Assembly (NCBI GenBank): GCA_963755915.1
Contig: CAVWLP010000002.1
Coordinates: 4,256,001 to 4,320,000, forward strand
DNA: 64,000 nucleotides
DNA from: an uncultured Phycisphaerales bacterium
GTDB lineage: Bacteria; Planctomycetota; Phycisphaerae; Tepidisphaerales; Tepidisphaeraceae
Direction: 5' to 3'
Under the pieces are notes generated by a model. It had not been told where the DNA came from. It saw only the letters and a program-made list of their open reading frames with translations, and ran no database searches. A program made the position numbers and the translations under genes. This document shows positions 53,364-64,000 of the stretch, in pieces (position 1 is the first letter of the stretch; each line of letters starts with the position of its first letter).

Positions 53364-56300
53364 ATGCGCGAGGCAGGCGGAGGAATAGCTGATCTCACCA
53401 CGCGCCGCAGCGCAATCATCCAGGCCGCCGGCGCGGCCCTCCTCAGTCTCTACGGCCTCAATTGGCCCGCCTTCGCGGTAGACGCGGTTGATTTCAGCGC
53501 TTCGACCCCGGGCACGACCAAATCCATCAACCAATGGGGCGTTGAGGTCGTCGACGGCAATTCCCTTGGTCTCGCCCAGAGCATCGCCACGATGGGATCG
53601 AACCTCACCATCGCGGCGACTTACTTCGACCTCGACAACGCGCTGAATTCCAACGGTACCCTCTCCAGCCCGCAGCAGCAGGACATCAACAATCAGATCA
53701 ATGAGATCCTCGCCGGCGACACCACCGGCCAAAAGTTGATCATCTCGATGGGCCCCAGCGTCAGCGGCAACAATTCCGAATACACGACCAACAACAGCGC
53801 CAACGTCGTCGAGTGGGCCCAGGCGATGATCGCGTCGAAGGAATATTGGGTCTCCCACGGATACACCGTGGGCTGGGCCGGGCCGTACACGGAGCCGGAC
53901 TATTGGGGAGACGAGGGATCGGCCGAGCAGGGCGCGCAGATCATGGAGGCCCTTCAAGCCAACCCCGCGTGGGGCACCGGCACGGAACTGCTGGGCGCCT
54001 CGACGCTGGACGCCGACAACGCGGAATCGTGGTATCAGCCGCTTGAAGGGATCGCCAACGCGGGATCGACGCACATGCTGGGCGGTTCCCTTACCTCGTA
54101 CATCAACTTCATTCAAGACGTCCAATCCAGTGGCGGGCAATTTGCCGCGCCGGAAATGCACAGCCTCGGCGAAGCGATCGTCAGCGCAAACTACGGCGCG
54201 ATTCAGGGCGTGTGGTGGGGTCCGGCGCTGCTGGCGCGGCGCGTTCGTGCAGGCGTCGAACGGCAAACAGATTGGGTATACGCAGGATCTCACTGACCAG
54301 ACCGCCGCCGCCGTCTATCGCGCCGAGCGGACAGACCTACGCGTTTGCCGGGGGGCTGGAGAGGTTTGGATCTCCGACGTCTTACGAATTCACCAGCGAT
54401 CGTAACGCGTATTTTAACGGAATCGGGCCGCTGAAGACCTACACGCTTCAGGCGAATTACGATAACAACCCCGCCAACACGCCCGGCAGCAGTAACGATT
54501 TCTCAAACTTCGGCGCCTACTTCGACCAGGGCGCTTATGCCCCCATCGATTACGGCGCCGCCAGTGTCCCCGCGCTCGACGGCTACCGCTGGACCATCCA
54601 GAACGTCCAGACGGGCCAGGTGCTGACCGTCGCCGGCAACAGCACCAGCGACGGCGCGGCTATCGATTCAACCCTAAACACCGGCTCGCTCAGCCAGCTC
54701 TGGAACATCACCCGCACCCAGGACGGGTACATCGAGCTTTTCAACGCCAACAGCGACCTTACCGTCGGAGTGACCAATGCCTCGACCAGCGCCGGCGCTA
54801 CCGCCGTCCAGTATGGAACCGCCGGCACGCAGGACGAGCAGTGGTATTTGAATCCCGCCGGCAACGGCAACTTTTACATTCAGGACGGAAACAGCAATCT
54901 CTATCTCACCTCCAGTTCCTCCAACTGCACCCAGCAGAATCTCAGCAACGTGACCCCCGGCTTGCAGGAATGGAAATTCGTCCTGGCCAATCCCACCTCG
55001 CCCGCGATTGCCAACTATAAATTCGCGGGGAACGGCAACGACAGCACGGGAACTTACAACGCCACCGTCAGCGGCACCGCCACCTACGGCACCGGGCCGA
55101 CGGCGGGGAGCCAGGCGCTGAACTTTGACGGCTCGACGACCTACGTCACCCTCCCCAGCAGCCTGACCCCCACCGCATCCAGCAGTACTGGCCTCACCTC
55201 CGCGGTCACCATCGACACCTGGGTTAAGTGGAACGGCGGCAGTCAATGGCAGCGAATTTTCGACTTCGGAACCGGCACCAACGACTACATGTTCCTGACG
55301 CCCGACTCCTCCGCCGGCACCATGCGCTTTGCTATCACCACCGGCGGGAACGGGCAGGAAGAAGACTTTGACACCACCGAGCTGGCCACCGGCACATGGG
55401 TGAACCTGGCCGTCACGCTCGGCGGACATTCGGTCATCATGTATGTCAACGGCCGGCCGGCCACTGCCGGGCAGATTCTCTTCAATCCATCGAGTGTCTT
55501 CTCCGGGGCGTCTACGATTAATGATTACATCGGCAAGAGCCAGTTCTCCGGCGACCCACTCTTCTCCGGAAGCATGAGCGGCTTCCAAATCTGGAACTAC
55601 GCCCTCACCCAATCCCAGGTCGACGACCTGATCGACAACAACCTCACCTGGGTCGGCGGCCAGAACGGCAATTCCTGGGATGCGAGCACAACGTCAAATT
55701 TCAAGCTGATGAACACCGGTGCCTCCTCTGTCTTCACCCAGAACGACCGCGTCACCTTCGACGGCACCGGCACCTCCACCGTCTCCATCACCGGTACCGT
55801 CTCCCCCTTCTCCATCAACGTCACCGCCAGCTCCAACATCAGCTTCACTGGGGCCGGCTCTATCACCGGCTCGCAAACGCCGCTCACCATGTCCGGCACT
55901 GGCACACTCACCATCGCCAACACCGGCGGCAATTCTTATACGGGCGACACCTCCATCAACTCCGGCGTGATCTCCATCAGCGCTGACAACGACCTCGGCA
56001 CTGATGCCGCCAATCTCGACCTTGATGGGGGCACGCTCCAAACCACCAGCACGAGTGCCATGTCGTTCGGCCATTCGATCCTCATCGCTGTTGGCGGCGG
56101 GGCTCTGAACATCATCGGCAACGGCTCCGCCAACACCACCGATGCCGACCGCATCATATTGAATTCCTCCAACCTCCTCGTCGGCTCGGGCTCGCTTACC
56201 ATCACCGGCGACGGAACATTGGCCGGCGCAGCCCAACACCACCAGTTCTGGCGCGGGCGCACTGGTGCTCAATGCCTCCAATACTTTCGCCGGCAACATC

Positions 56301-58124
56301 ACCCTCCAGAACGGCGGGCTCCTTGAATATGCCGCCGCCAGCGCCCTCGATCCCAGCGCGACCATCACCCTCGGCAACGAAGGCGAACTTGCCGCCAGCG
56401 ACGGCAGCAACGTCCCCAATGCCATCACCGTCAGCGGCGGAACCGACAGCTACCTTAGCTTCACCAACATCGCCGGCACGTTTTCCGGGCCGATTACGCT
56501 CAATGCCAATCTCACTGTCGGACTTCGCAACTGGTACAACTACGCAGGCGTCGTAAACGGCACGATCTCCGGCCTCATCTCTGGCACAGCCGGCCTGAGC
56601 ATCAATTCCGGAACGGGCACCGGCGGAATCCTCACCCTTTCCGGCACGAGCACCTTCACCGGCGGGACCACCGTCAACTCCGCAACCGTCTCCATCAGCG
56701 CCGACGACAACCTCGGCGCCGATTCCTCAACTCTCACACTAAACGGCGCCACCCTCCAAACTACCAGCACCAACTCGATGTCCTTCGGCCACACCATCGA
56801 CGTCGCCACGGGCGGCGGCACGATCAGCATCGTCGGCAATGGCCAGAGCAACACCGGACAAGTCGACAAAATCACCCTCACTTCCACCAACGCCCTTACC
56901 GGCAGCGGTCCCCTCACCATCACCGGCGGCGGAACTCTCGACGGCGCTTCCCCCAACACCAGCACGTCCGGCGCCGGCGCGCTCATCGTCGACGACGCTG
57001 GCACCTACACCGGCAACATCACCCTCCAAAACGGCGGCCTGCTCGATTTCGCCGCCGCGGGTGCTCTCCCCGCTGGCGCAACCGTAACCCTTGGCAACGA
57101 AGCCGAGTTCTCCACCGCCAACGGCGTCACCGCCTCCAACAGCATCGTCGTCAACGGCGGCACCAACAGCATCATCAGCTTCAGCAACCTCGGCGGCGCC
57201 GCCGACGCCGGCCCCATTACCCTCAACACCAATGCCACCATCGCCCTCCGCGATTGGTTCAATTACGCCGACAATCGCAACGGCGCTATCTCCGGCGCCA
57301 TCTCCGGTCCCGGCGGCCTCACCATCAACTCCGGCACCGGCTCGGGCGGAACCCTGACCCTCACCGGCCCCAACTCCTACGCGGGCGGGACCACGGTTGT
57401 CTCCGGCGCAAAGCTTCTCCTCGGTGCTGCCGGCGCTTTCCCCTTTAACACCCCCCTCACCCTCAGCGGCGGAAACGCGGTTCTGGCCCAAAACGTAGGC
57501 ACCGTCACCTTCAGCTCCCTTTCAATCACCGGCAATTCTCTCCTCGACATCAGCAACAACCAGATCATCATCACCTACGGCAGCAGCGACCCCATCGCCA
57601 CCATCCGCGGATATATCGTCTCCGCCTTCGACACCGGCTACTGGACCGGCCCCGGCCTCGGCTCATCCCTCCTCATCTCCGGCGGCAACTACGGACTCGG
57701 CTACGCCGACGGCGCCGATGGCATCGTCTCCGGCCTCTCCTCCGGCCAGATCGAGGTGAAATACACGCTTCTGGGTGATGCCAATCTCGACGGCGTCGTC
57801 AACGGCTCCGACTTCTCCATCCTTGCCGCCAATTTCGGTCTCGGCGTCACCAACTGGGACCAGGGCAATTTCTTCTTCACCCCCTCGGTCAACGGTTCGG
57901 ATTTCAGCGCGCTGGCGCAGAATTTCGGCCAGGGTGATTCCGGCGCGGATGCCACAGTTTCAGCCGTCGACATCGCCGCGCTCGATGCGTTCGCAGTCGC
58001 CAACGGTCTGCCGTTGCCTGCCATATCCTCGGTACCGGAACCGGCATTCGGCGCGATCGTGCTCATCAACGTCTGTCTCGCCCTCCCGCGGCGACGGCGC
58101 GGTTTCAAAGCGCGCGCGAGTTAA
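53364..58124 (+). CDS. Very large PEP-CTERM protein: putative GH domain + ricin-B lectin + LamG + repeats + dockerin-like module; frameshifts at ~54236, ~54321 and ~56228
   Basis: PYTEPDYWG and PEMHSLGEA; QLW/EQW/QEW ricin motifs; WQRIFDFG..YMFLTP LamG motif; YTLLGDANLDG; VPEP. Confidence 0.82.
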
Positions 58125-58172
58125 CTGGTTTTACGTACTCGTGATTTTGCTCGGCGCGCCCTCGGATTTGTC

Positions 58173-58201
58173 TTGACATCCGGGAACCGGCGGGGCGTAA
58201 T
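58173..58201 (+). promoter_or_regulatory. Sigma70-type promoter
   Basis: TTGACA-N17-CGTAAT upstream of ATG 58329. Confidence 0.55.
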
Positions 58202-58328
58202 GGCGCGGCAACCGAATCTTGCTCAGTTGTTAAAAAAGGGGGCGGGTCGGGCCCGCCCGGGGAAGGCCGGGAAGGTGCTCTTTTTTTCGGCGAGTTTGTA
58301 TTCACGCCGCTGCGGAAAGGAGAAAAAA

Positions 58329-61300
58329 ATGCGATCGCGTCACCGTTCGTCCGTGGCGTTTTTTTCGGCGATCAGCTTCGCCTCGGCCATCGTCTGTGCC
58401 ACCATCCCTGCTTTGGCGCAGAATAATCTTTCTGGAACGGGCACGGCTGGGGCGAATGGGGCCAATGGGCAGGTGATCGATCAGGACGGCTTGATCGGCG
58501 TCACCAATGGGCAGGACGGGGGCACAGGCGGCAATGAAAGTATCACGGCCGAGTCCACCGATTCTGAAAACTCCGCCACCGCCACCGGGGGCGCTGGGGG
58601 CACTGGCGGAAATGGAACCGAGCTCGGCGCCATGGCCAGCACCGCGGGCAACGGCGGCGATGGGGGAAGCGCCTTTGCCGATGCCCAGCCGAATGACGTT
58701 CAGTCGAGCGGATGCACCTCCACGGCGATCGCGACGGGCGGCGCCGGCGGAACGGGCGGGGTCGGCGGTCACACCGATTTTGAAACCGGCGCCGGCGGCG
58801 ACGGTGGAAATGGGGCGTCTGCTTCGGCGGACGCGTATTCCTTTGCAAGCAGTGGACAGTCAACTGCTGAGGCGACCGCGACTGGGGGCGCCGGCGGCAA
58901 TGGCCAGGGCGCTGACGGGGCGGGGGCGCGGGCGGTTCCGGCGATATTGGCAGCGTCTTTGCCGATGAATCCGGATCTACGCCGGGCATTAACACGGTTG
59001 TCAGCGGCACGGCGATCGGCGGCGCCGGCGGCAGCGGCAGCGAAGGGGGCGCGGGTGGAAACGGCGTTTCGGAAATGCTCAGTAACGTCGTCAGCTTCAC
59101 CACGTCGCAGGCGGTTGAGCTAACACAAACCGCGCAGGGGGGAGCCGGCGGCGGCAGCAACGGGGGAACTGCTGGGACCGCCGGGTCGGCCACCTCAAAT
59201 TATTCCTATTCGGCTTCCCCCGGAATTGGCGGTTTGACGGTTACTTCCGCGGCGATCGCCGGGTCGGGCGGTACGTGCGAAAACACCACCGGCGCGACGG
59301 CCGGTGATGCCAACGCCACCGTCGATATTTCCTCGAATTGCGGTATCAGCGCCCAGGCGGAAACCAACGACGTCAGCATTGCAAACCTTCCCCACGGCGG
59401 CAACATCGACTCGGGAACCGGTAGCGGCGGCGACGGCGGTTTCTCCAGCGGGTCCTGCGATGTCGCCAGCACGGGATCCAGCGGCAACGGAGGGGCGAAC
59501 GCCGCCGCCTACGTGAACGCGTCAAACGGGGGTTCTGTCCTCAGCGGCGCTACGGGTAGCGGGGGTTATGGGGGCAGTAGTACGGCCGCGGTTTCGGTTA
59601 CGAATTCTTCGGCCGACAGCATTTATGCGGCGGCCGATCCATCCGGAGGCACCGGCGGGCAGGGGGAAGGCTCCGGGAATTCCGGCGGCAATGGGGGCGG
59701 CGCTGCGATCGCGGTCGGGGGTGTTTCGGCTTCTTCCAGCGGCGGCGGAGATATTCTGGTCATCGCAAATGTACAGGGGGGCAACGGCGGGTTTGGGGAT
59801 ACCGGCGCTGCCGGAGGAGAAGGGGCTTCCGTCCTGGTCACGAACGCGATCACGGGCACGACTTCGGGATCTTTGAACGTCACGCAATCGGCCTACGGTG
59901 GAGATGGGGGGAGCAGCAACGGCGGTCTGCCGGGCGGCGGGGGTTTTGCGACTTCAAGCCTGACACTCAGTCAGAACGGGCTTTCGTCTCTGACCATCCA
60001 AAGCCTTGCGGAGGGTGGGGCCGGCGGATCGATCGAGAATGCCGACGACAATGCCGGTCAGGGCGAAGCCGCTGTTTCCTTCGCGAGCGGCACGACGAAT
60101 AACGACGTGGACGTCATCGCGCGAGCGAATAATCTGACGAACGGCGGCGGCCACCTGGACAACATCCTGGGCGTCTATACCGGCGACGGCGGGAGCATCC
60201 AGAGCGGAACGACCGCCAATGGCGGCAACGGCGCGACCGCGACCGCAACCGCGGTGGCGGATTCAACCGGGACTGCTTCGGGCAGCAGCGCGGCCACGGC
60301 GCAAAGCATTTCTTACGGCGGCGATGGGGGATCGGTTGGCGGGGGAGCAAGCGGCGACGGCGGAAATGCGGCCTCGGCGACTTCAACCTCAACCGCGAGC
60401 AGCTCGGGGCAGGATGCGGTAAGCGCAAGCGCCAATGCCGTGGGGGGCAACGGCGGGTCGGCGCGGGGGCGGGAAATTTCTCCGGCACGGGAGGCAATGC
60501 TTCCGCTTCGGCGACGGTGAATTCATCGTCAACCACTTCCGTTTCCACCGCCACTGCCGACGCGACCGGCGGCCCTTCTTCCGCGCCCACGTCGTCGGCG
60601 ACTGTCGGGGTTGGAGGCTCGGCCAGCGCCTCGGCAACGGCCAATGGCGTGACCGTTCTCCAAAACGTAAACCCCGGCCCGGACGGCGCAGGTGGCGTCG
60701 CGATTGCGACCACAACGTGGAGTGCCGCGGGCGGGGCGACCGTCAGCGTCGGCGTCGATAATGTGAACGGGGGAGCTGTCACCGTCACCGGGCCCTCCGC
60801 CCTCATCGATGGCATCACCGGCCCGGGAACGCTTACGGTGGGAAACGGCTCGAGTCCAACACTGCTCAAGTTGTTTCCCTCCAGTGGCGGCAGTTCGGAA
60901 TCGTCACTCACAATCCAAACCAATTCCACGCTCGACATCGCGAACAACCATTTTTATATCAACTACGGCACAAGCTCCGACCCGGTTTCCACAATCGTCG
61001 GATACCTCAGGAGCGGATTTAACAATGGCAACTGGAATGGAACGGGAATCATCTCCTCGAGCGCCCAGACGCCGACGAATGGATTCAAATACGGAGTGGG
61101 ATGGGCGGATGGGGCGGACCGGACGGGGAATGTCGCGAATTTATCGTCGGGACAAATTGAATTAAAATATACGCTGCTTGGCGATGCCAACCTTGACGGA
61201 TCGGTGAACGGCTCGGATTTCTCCATTCTCGCGGCGAATTTCGGGCTGGGGGTGACGAACTGGGACCAGGGGAACTTTCTCTATGGCTCGTCCGTGAACG

Positions 61301-61512
61301 GCTCTGATTTTTCGGCCCTCGCGGCCAATTTTGGGCAGGGGGACAACGGGGCTGACACAGCCGTCTCCCCCGCCGATATCGCCGCCCTCGACTCATTCGC
61401 GAATGCCAACGGCCTTCCCTTGCCCACATTTGCCTCTGTCCCCGAACCCGCATCGGCTGGATTGCTCCTCGCCGGAATTACCGTCACGACCCGCCGCCGC
61501 CGCCGAAATTGA
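58329..61512 (+). CDS. Glycine-rich (GGxGG repeat) PEP-CTERM protein with dockerin-like module; frameshifts at ~58925 and ~60464
   Basis: Signal peptide ...PALAQ; repeated ATGGAGGxGG...GGDGGxA units; YTLLGDANLDG; VPEP...RRRRR. Confidence 0.85.
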
Positions 61513-61584
61513 ATCGTGACTTTCCCCATTGCAGCTTCGAATTACGCGAACTTTATCGGCCGACCCCGCCAAACCCCCACTTTC

Positions 61585-61611
61585 TGTCACACACCCTCAA
61601 ACACGCCCGAC
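61585..61611 (+). promoter_or_regulatory. Putative autoregulatory ECF promoter
   Basis: TGTCACA-N16-CGAC, one mismatch from the ECF41-type consensus TGTCACA-N16-CGTC, 28 nt before the sigma start. Confidence 0.55.
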
Positions 61612-61639
61612 TTACCTGTGATATCCTCACAGGAGCCCC

Positions 61640-63083
61640 ATGACCGCGACCCCGTCAATGACCGTATCCCATAACGACGCCGATCTCGTCGCCGCCAGCC
61701 GGCTTGGCGACCGCAGCGCCTTCGGGCAGATTGTCTCCCAATACCAGGCGATGATCGCCGGCCTCGCCTACGCGAACTGCGGCAACCTCCACCAGAGCGA
61801 AGACATCGCCCAGGAGACCTTCGTCTCCGCCTGGAAAAGCCTCTCCGGCCTGCGCGACCCCTCCAAACTCCCCGGCTGGCTTTGCCAGATCGCCCGCAGG
61901 CGGCTCTCCGACCTCCTCCGCAAAAGCTCCACCAGCGAAATCCCTTTCAGCCAGGCCTTCGAATCCAACGAGCCCCCCATCGCCGCCGAAACCCCGGCCT
62001 CTTCCGCTGAAGAGGCCGAGCTCCTCTGGCGCACGCTCTCCAAAATCTCCCAGCCCTATCGCGAAACGCTTGTGCTTTATTATCGCCAGGAGCGATCGGT
62101 CACCCAGGTTGCCGCCGCGATGGAGACCACCGAAGCCGCCGTGCGTCAGCGTCTCGTGCGCGGCCGCGAGATGCTTCGCGAAGAGCTCGCCGCCTCTATC
62201 GAGCGGCATCTAACTCGCACCGCGCCGCGCCAGCAGTTCACCCTCCAGGTCGTCGCCGCTCTTCCCGCAATTCCCATAGTGGCCGCCCAGACCGGCGGAA
62301 TCGCCGCCACCGCCAAAGGCGCCGCTCTGGCTAAAACCAGCGGCGTGACCGCAATTCTTCTCAGTTGGCTCGCCCCTCTCGGCTGCCTCTTCGGCCTGGT
62401 CTTCGGAACGGTTCAGGACGCGCAACGCCCGATCGCCTTGCCAGCGCGCTTTTGCCATCTTTCTTGGTGTCGCCCAATTCGCCGTCATCGCGCCCATGGT
62501 CGTCGCCTACCACTATCTCCCCGCCTTTGCCCGCCAAGGCGATTGGCCCTTCTCCTCCCTTTTCGATTGCTATGCCGTCGGCACCTGCGCCTTCGCCGCC
62601 GTCTTCTTCACGCTCATTGCCTGGGGAAGATGGCATATGGACAAACTCCTGCGCGAAGTTAACTCCACCGAGCCTCCCTTTCCCACGATGCCCATCTGGC
62701 AGCGCCTGATCTTCACCGCCCCCGTCGTCACCATATTTTTGGGATGGATGGTGGAACCGGCCATCAAAGCCCAGGACCACGTCGCCGTCTCAATCATCTC
62801 CGCCCTCATCGTGGCACAAAGCCTCTGGTACGCGTGGCGTCTGCCCCAGCTTCAACCCGACCGCACGATCCAGCAGACATTCGAAACCCTGTCTCTGGCC
62901 CTGATCTCAGTTGTCGTGATGCTCAACTGGCGTTTTGAATTGTGGCTGCCGCAAACCGAACAGAGCATCTCCCTCTGGCCCCTCAACATTTCTGCCGCCA
63001 TTCTCCTGATATGGATGGGAGTACCCGCCGCCTGGGATTTCTCTGCTCGCTCCAAACCCCGCTACACGCCTTCGCCGGTTTGA
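61640..63083 (+). CDS. ECF sigma factor with C-terminal multi-pass membrane extension; frameshift at ~62420
   Basis: GDRSAFGQIV, EDIAQETF..AW, YRETLVLYY, AVRQRLVRGREML, followed by several hydrophobic helices (ORF 62496-63083). Confidence 0.8.
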
Positions 63084-64000
63084 ACCGACAGCTTCGCCGC
63101 CTCCCACGCGGCGATGCCCCCCGCCAGTTCGCACACATCGCTCAGTCCGTGGCTTTGCAGCATGCTGGCCGCAATCGACGATCGGTATCCCCCCGCACAG
63201 TAAACCAGCACCGGCCGGTCCTTCGGCAGCCCCGGCACATTCTCCCCCAGATGATTCAGCGGAATCCCCACGCTCGCCGAGATATGCTTCTGCCCGCGCT
63301 CGCGCGGCGAGCGAACGTCAATCAGCAGCGGCGGCTGGGGCGACGCCAAAATCTCCCGCGCAAACAGCGCGCTCAGCCGCTGGGTCGTCACGGTCAACTC
63401 CGGATGCGCCACAGGCTCTCCAGGCCGTCCTTCAAATATCCGGCGACATGATCGAACCCGATCCGCCCCAATCGAAGCGCCGCCTCCTTCTCACGGCCCG
63501 GCTGCGCGATGATTACAATCGGATGCTTCCGGTCCAGCAGCGTCCCCGCCCACGTCGCATACTGCCCGCCCAGCCCGATGTTCACGCTCCCCGCCAGATG
63601 CGCCGCCGCAAATTCCGCAGGCTCGCGCGTGTCCAGAAGCTGCGCCCCCTGCCCTTTCAGCTCCATCACTTTCTCGAGCGAAAGCGGATTCATCTCCCGC
63701 GCCAGGGCCTCGTCCAGCGTTGGACGCTCCTGGCTGTTCAGCACCGCGTCATAATTAAAGTACGCCGGCGCTTCCGGCTGATCCGCCGTCACCACCTGCA
63801 CAAACGCCTCCCGGCTCATCGGCTGCAGTGCATAGTTCACCCGCCGCTGCTCACCCAGCGTCGATACCGTCTCCTTGCTCAGCGCCCTCCCGCACAGCGA
63901 GCCGGCCCCATGCGCCGGATAAACCAGCGTTTCATCGGGCAACACCATGAGCTTCCCATGCAGCGAATCAAAGAGCATCGCCCCCAGGTCAGCCGCCGAC
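63062..64000 (-). CDS. MBL-fold hydrolase/rhodanese fusion (persulfide dioxygenase-sulfurtransferase type), 5' truncated; frameshift at ~63408
   Basis: VYPAHGAGSLCG, LLDTREP..FAAAH, LIDVRSP.E, VYCAGGYRS. Confidence 0.88.

Noticed and set aside
58329-60500. Mycobacterial PE-PGRS gene acquired by horizontal transfer
   Set aside because: No PE domain; it has a normal signal peptide and the lineage-typical C-terminal module.
2-61512. True autotransporters
   Set aside because: Passenger-like repeats are present, but the proteins end in PEP-CTERM rather than a beta-barrel.
5174-63978. Widespread pseudogenisation or programmed frameshifting
   Set aside because: No in-frame stops or decay were seen apart from single indels sharing one sequence context, and there are no slippery heptamers. 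An assembly artefact is more parsimonious.

Overview
GC-rich bacterial window, very likely from a Phycisphaerae (Tepidisphaerales-like) planctomycete. This is inferred from lineage-typical DUF1559-type prepilin proteins, PEP-CTERM proteins with a dockerin-like tail, and a CxxCGYDLR zinc-ribbon membrane protein. Most of the window is a glycan-foraging region. It holds 8 PEP-CTERM surface proteins (7 with a dockerin-like double Ca-loop module) and 4 DUF1559-type pseudopilins. CAZymes include GH3, GH76, 2x GH127-like, GH38, 2x GH27, an alginate-lyase-family protein and two uncharacterised GH-like proteins. There is also a mutarotase, an SSS transporter and four regulators (XylR-type, GntR/AraR-type, ECF sigma plus FecR, and an ECF sigma with a membrane extension). 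No TonB-dependent receptor is present. A shared promoter motif, TGTCCAAWY-N13-MCGT, occurs four times, upstream of the ECF gene, two pseudopilin genes and a PEP-CTERM gene. A complete group II intron (11488-13460) splits a REP-like palindrome. About 17 frameshifts interrupt otherwise intact genes; 16 can be repaired by restoring an alternating GC run, which points to a systematic sequencing artefact rather than pseudogenes. No rRNA, tRNA or CRISPR array was seen. All family calls are from motif recognition by eye, not database searches.
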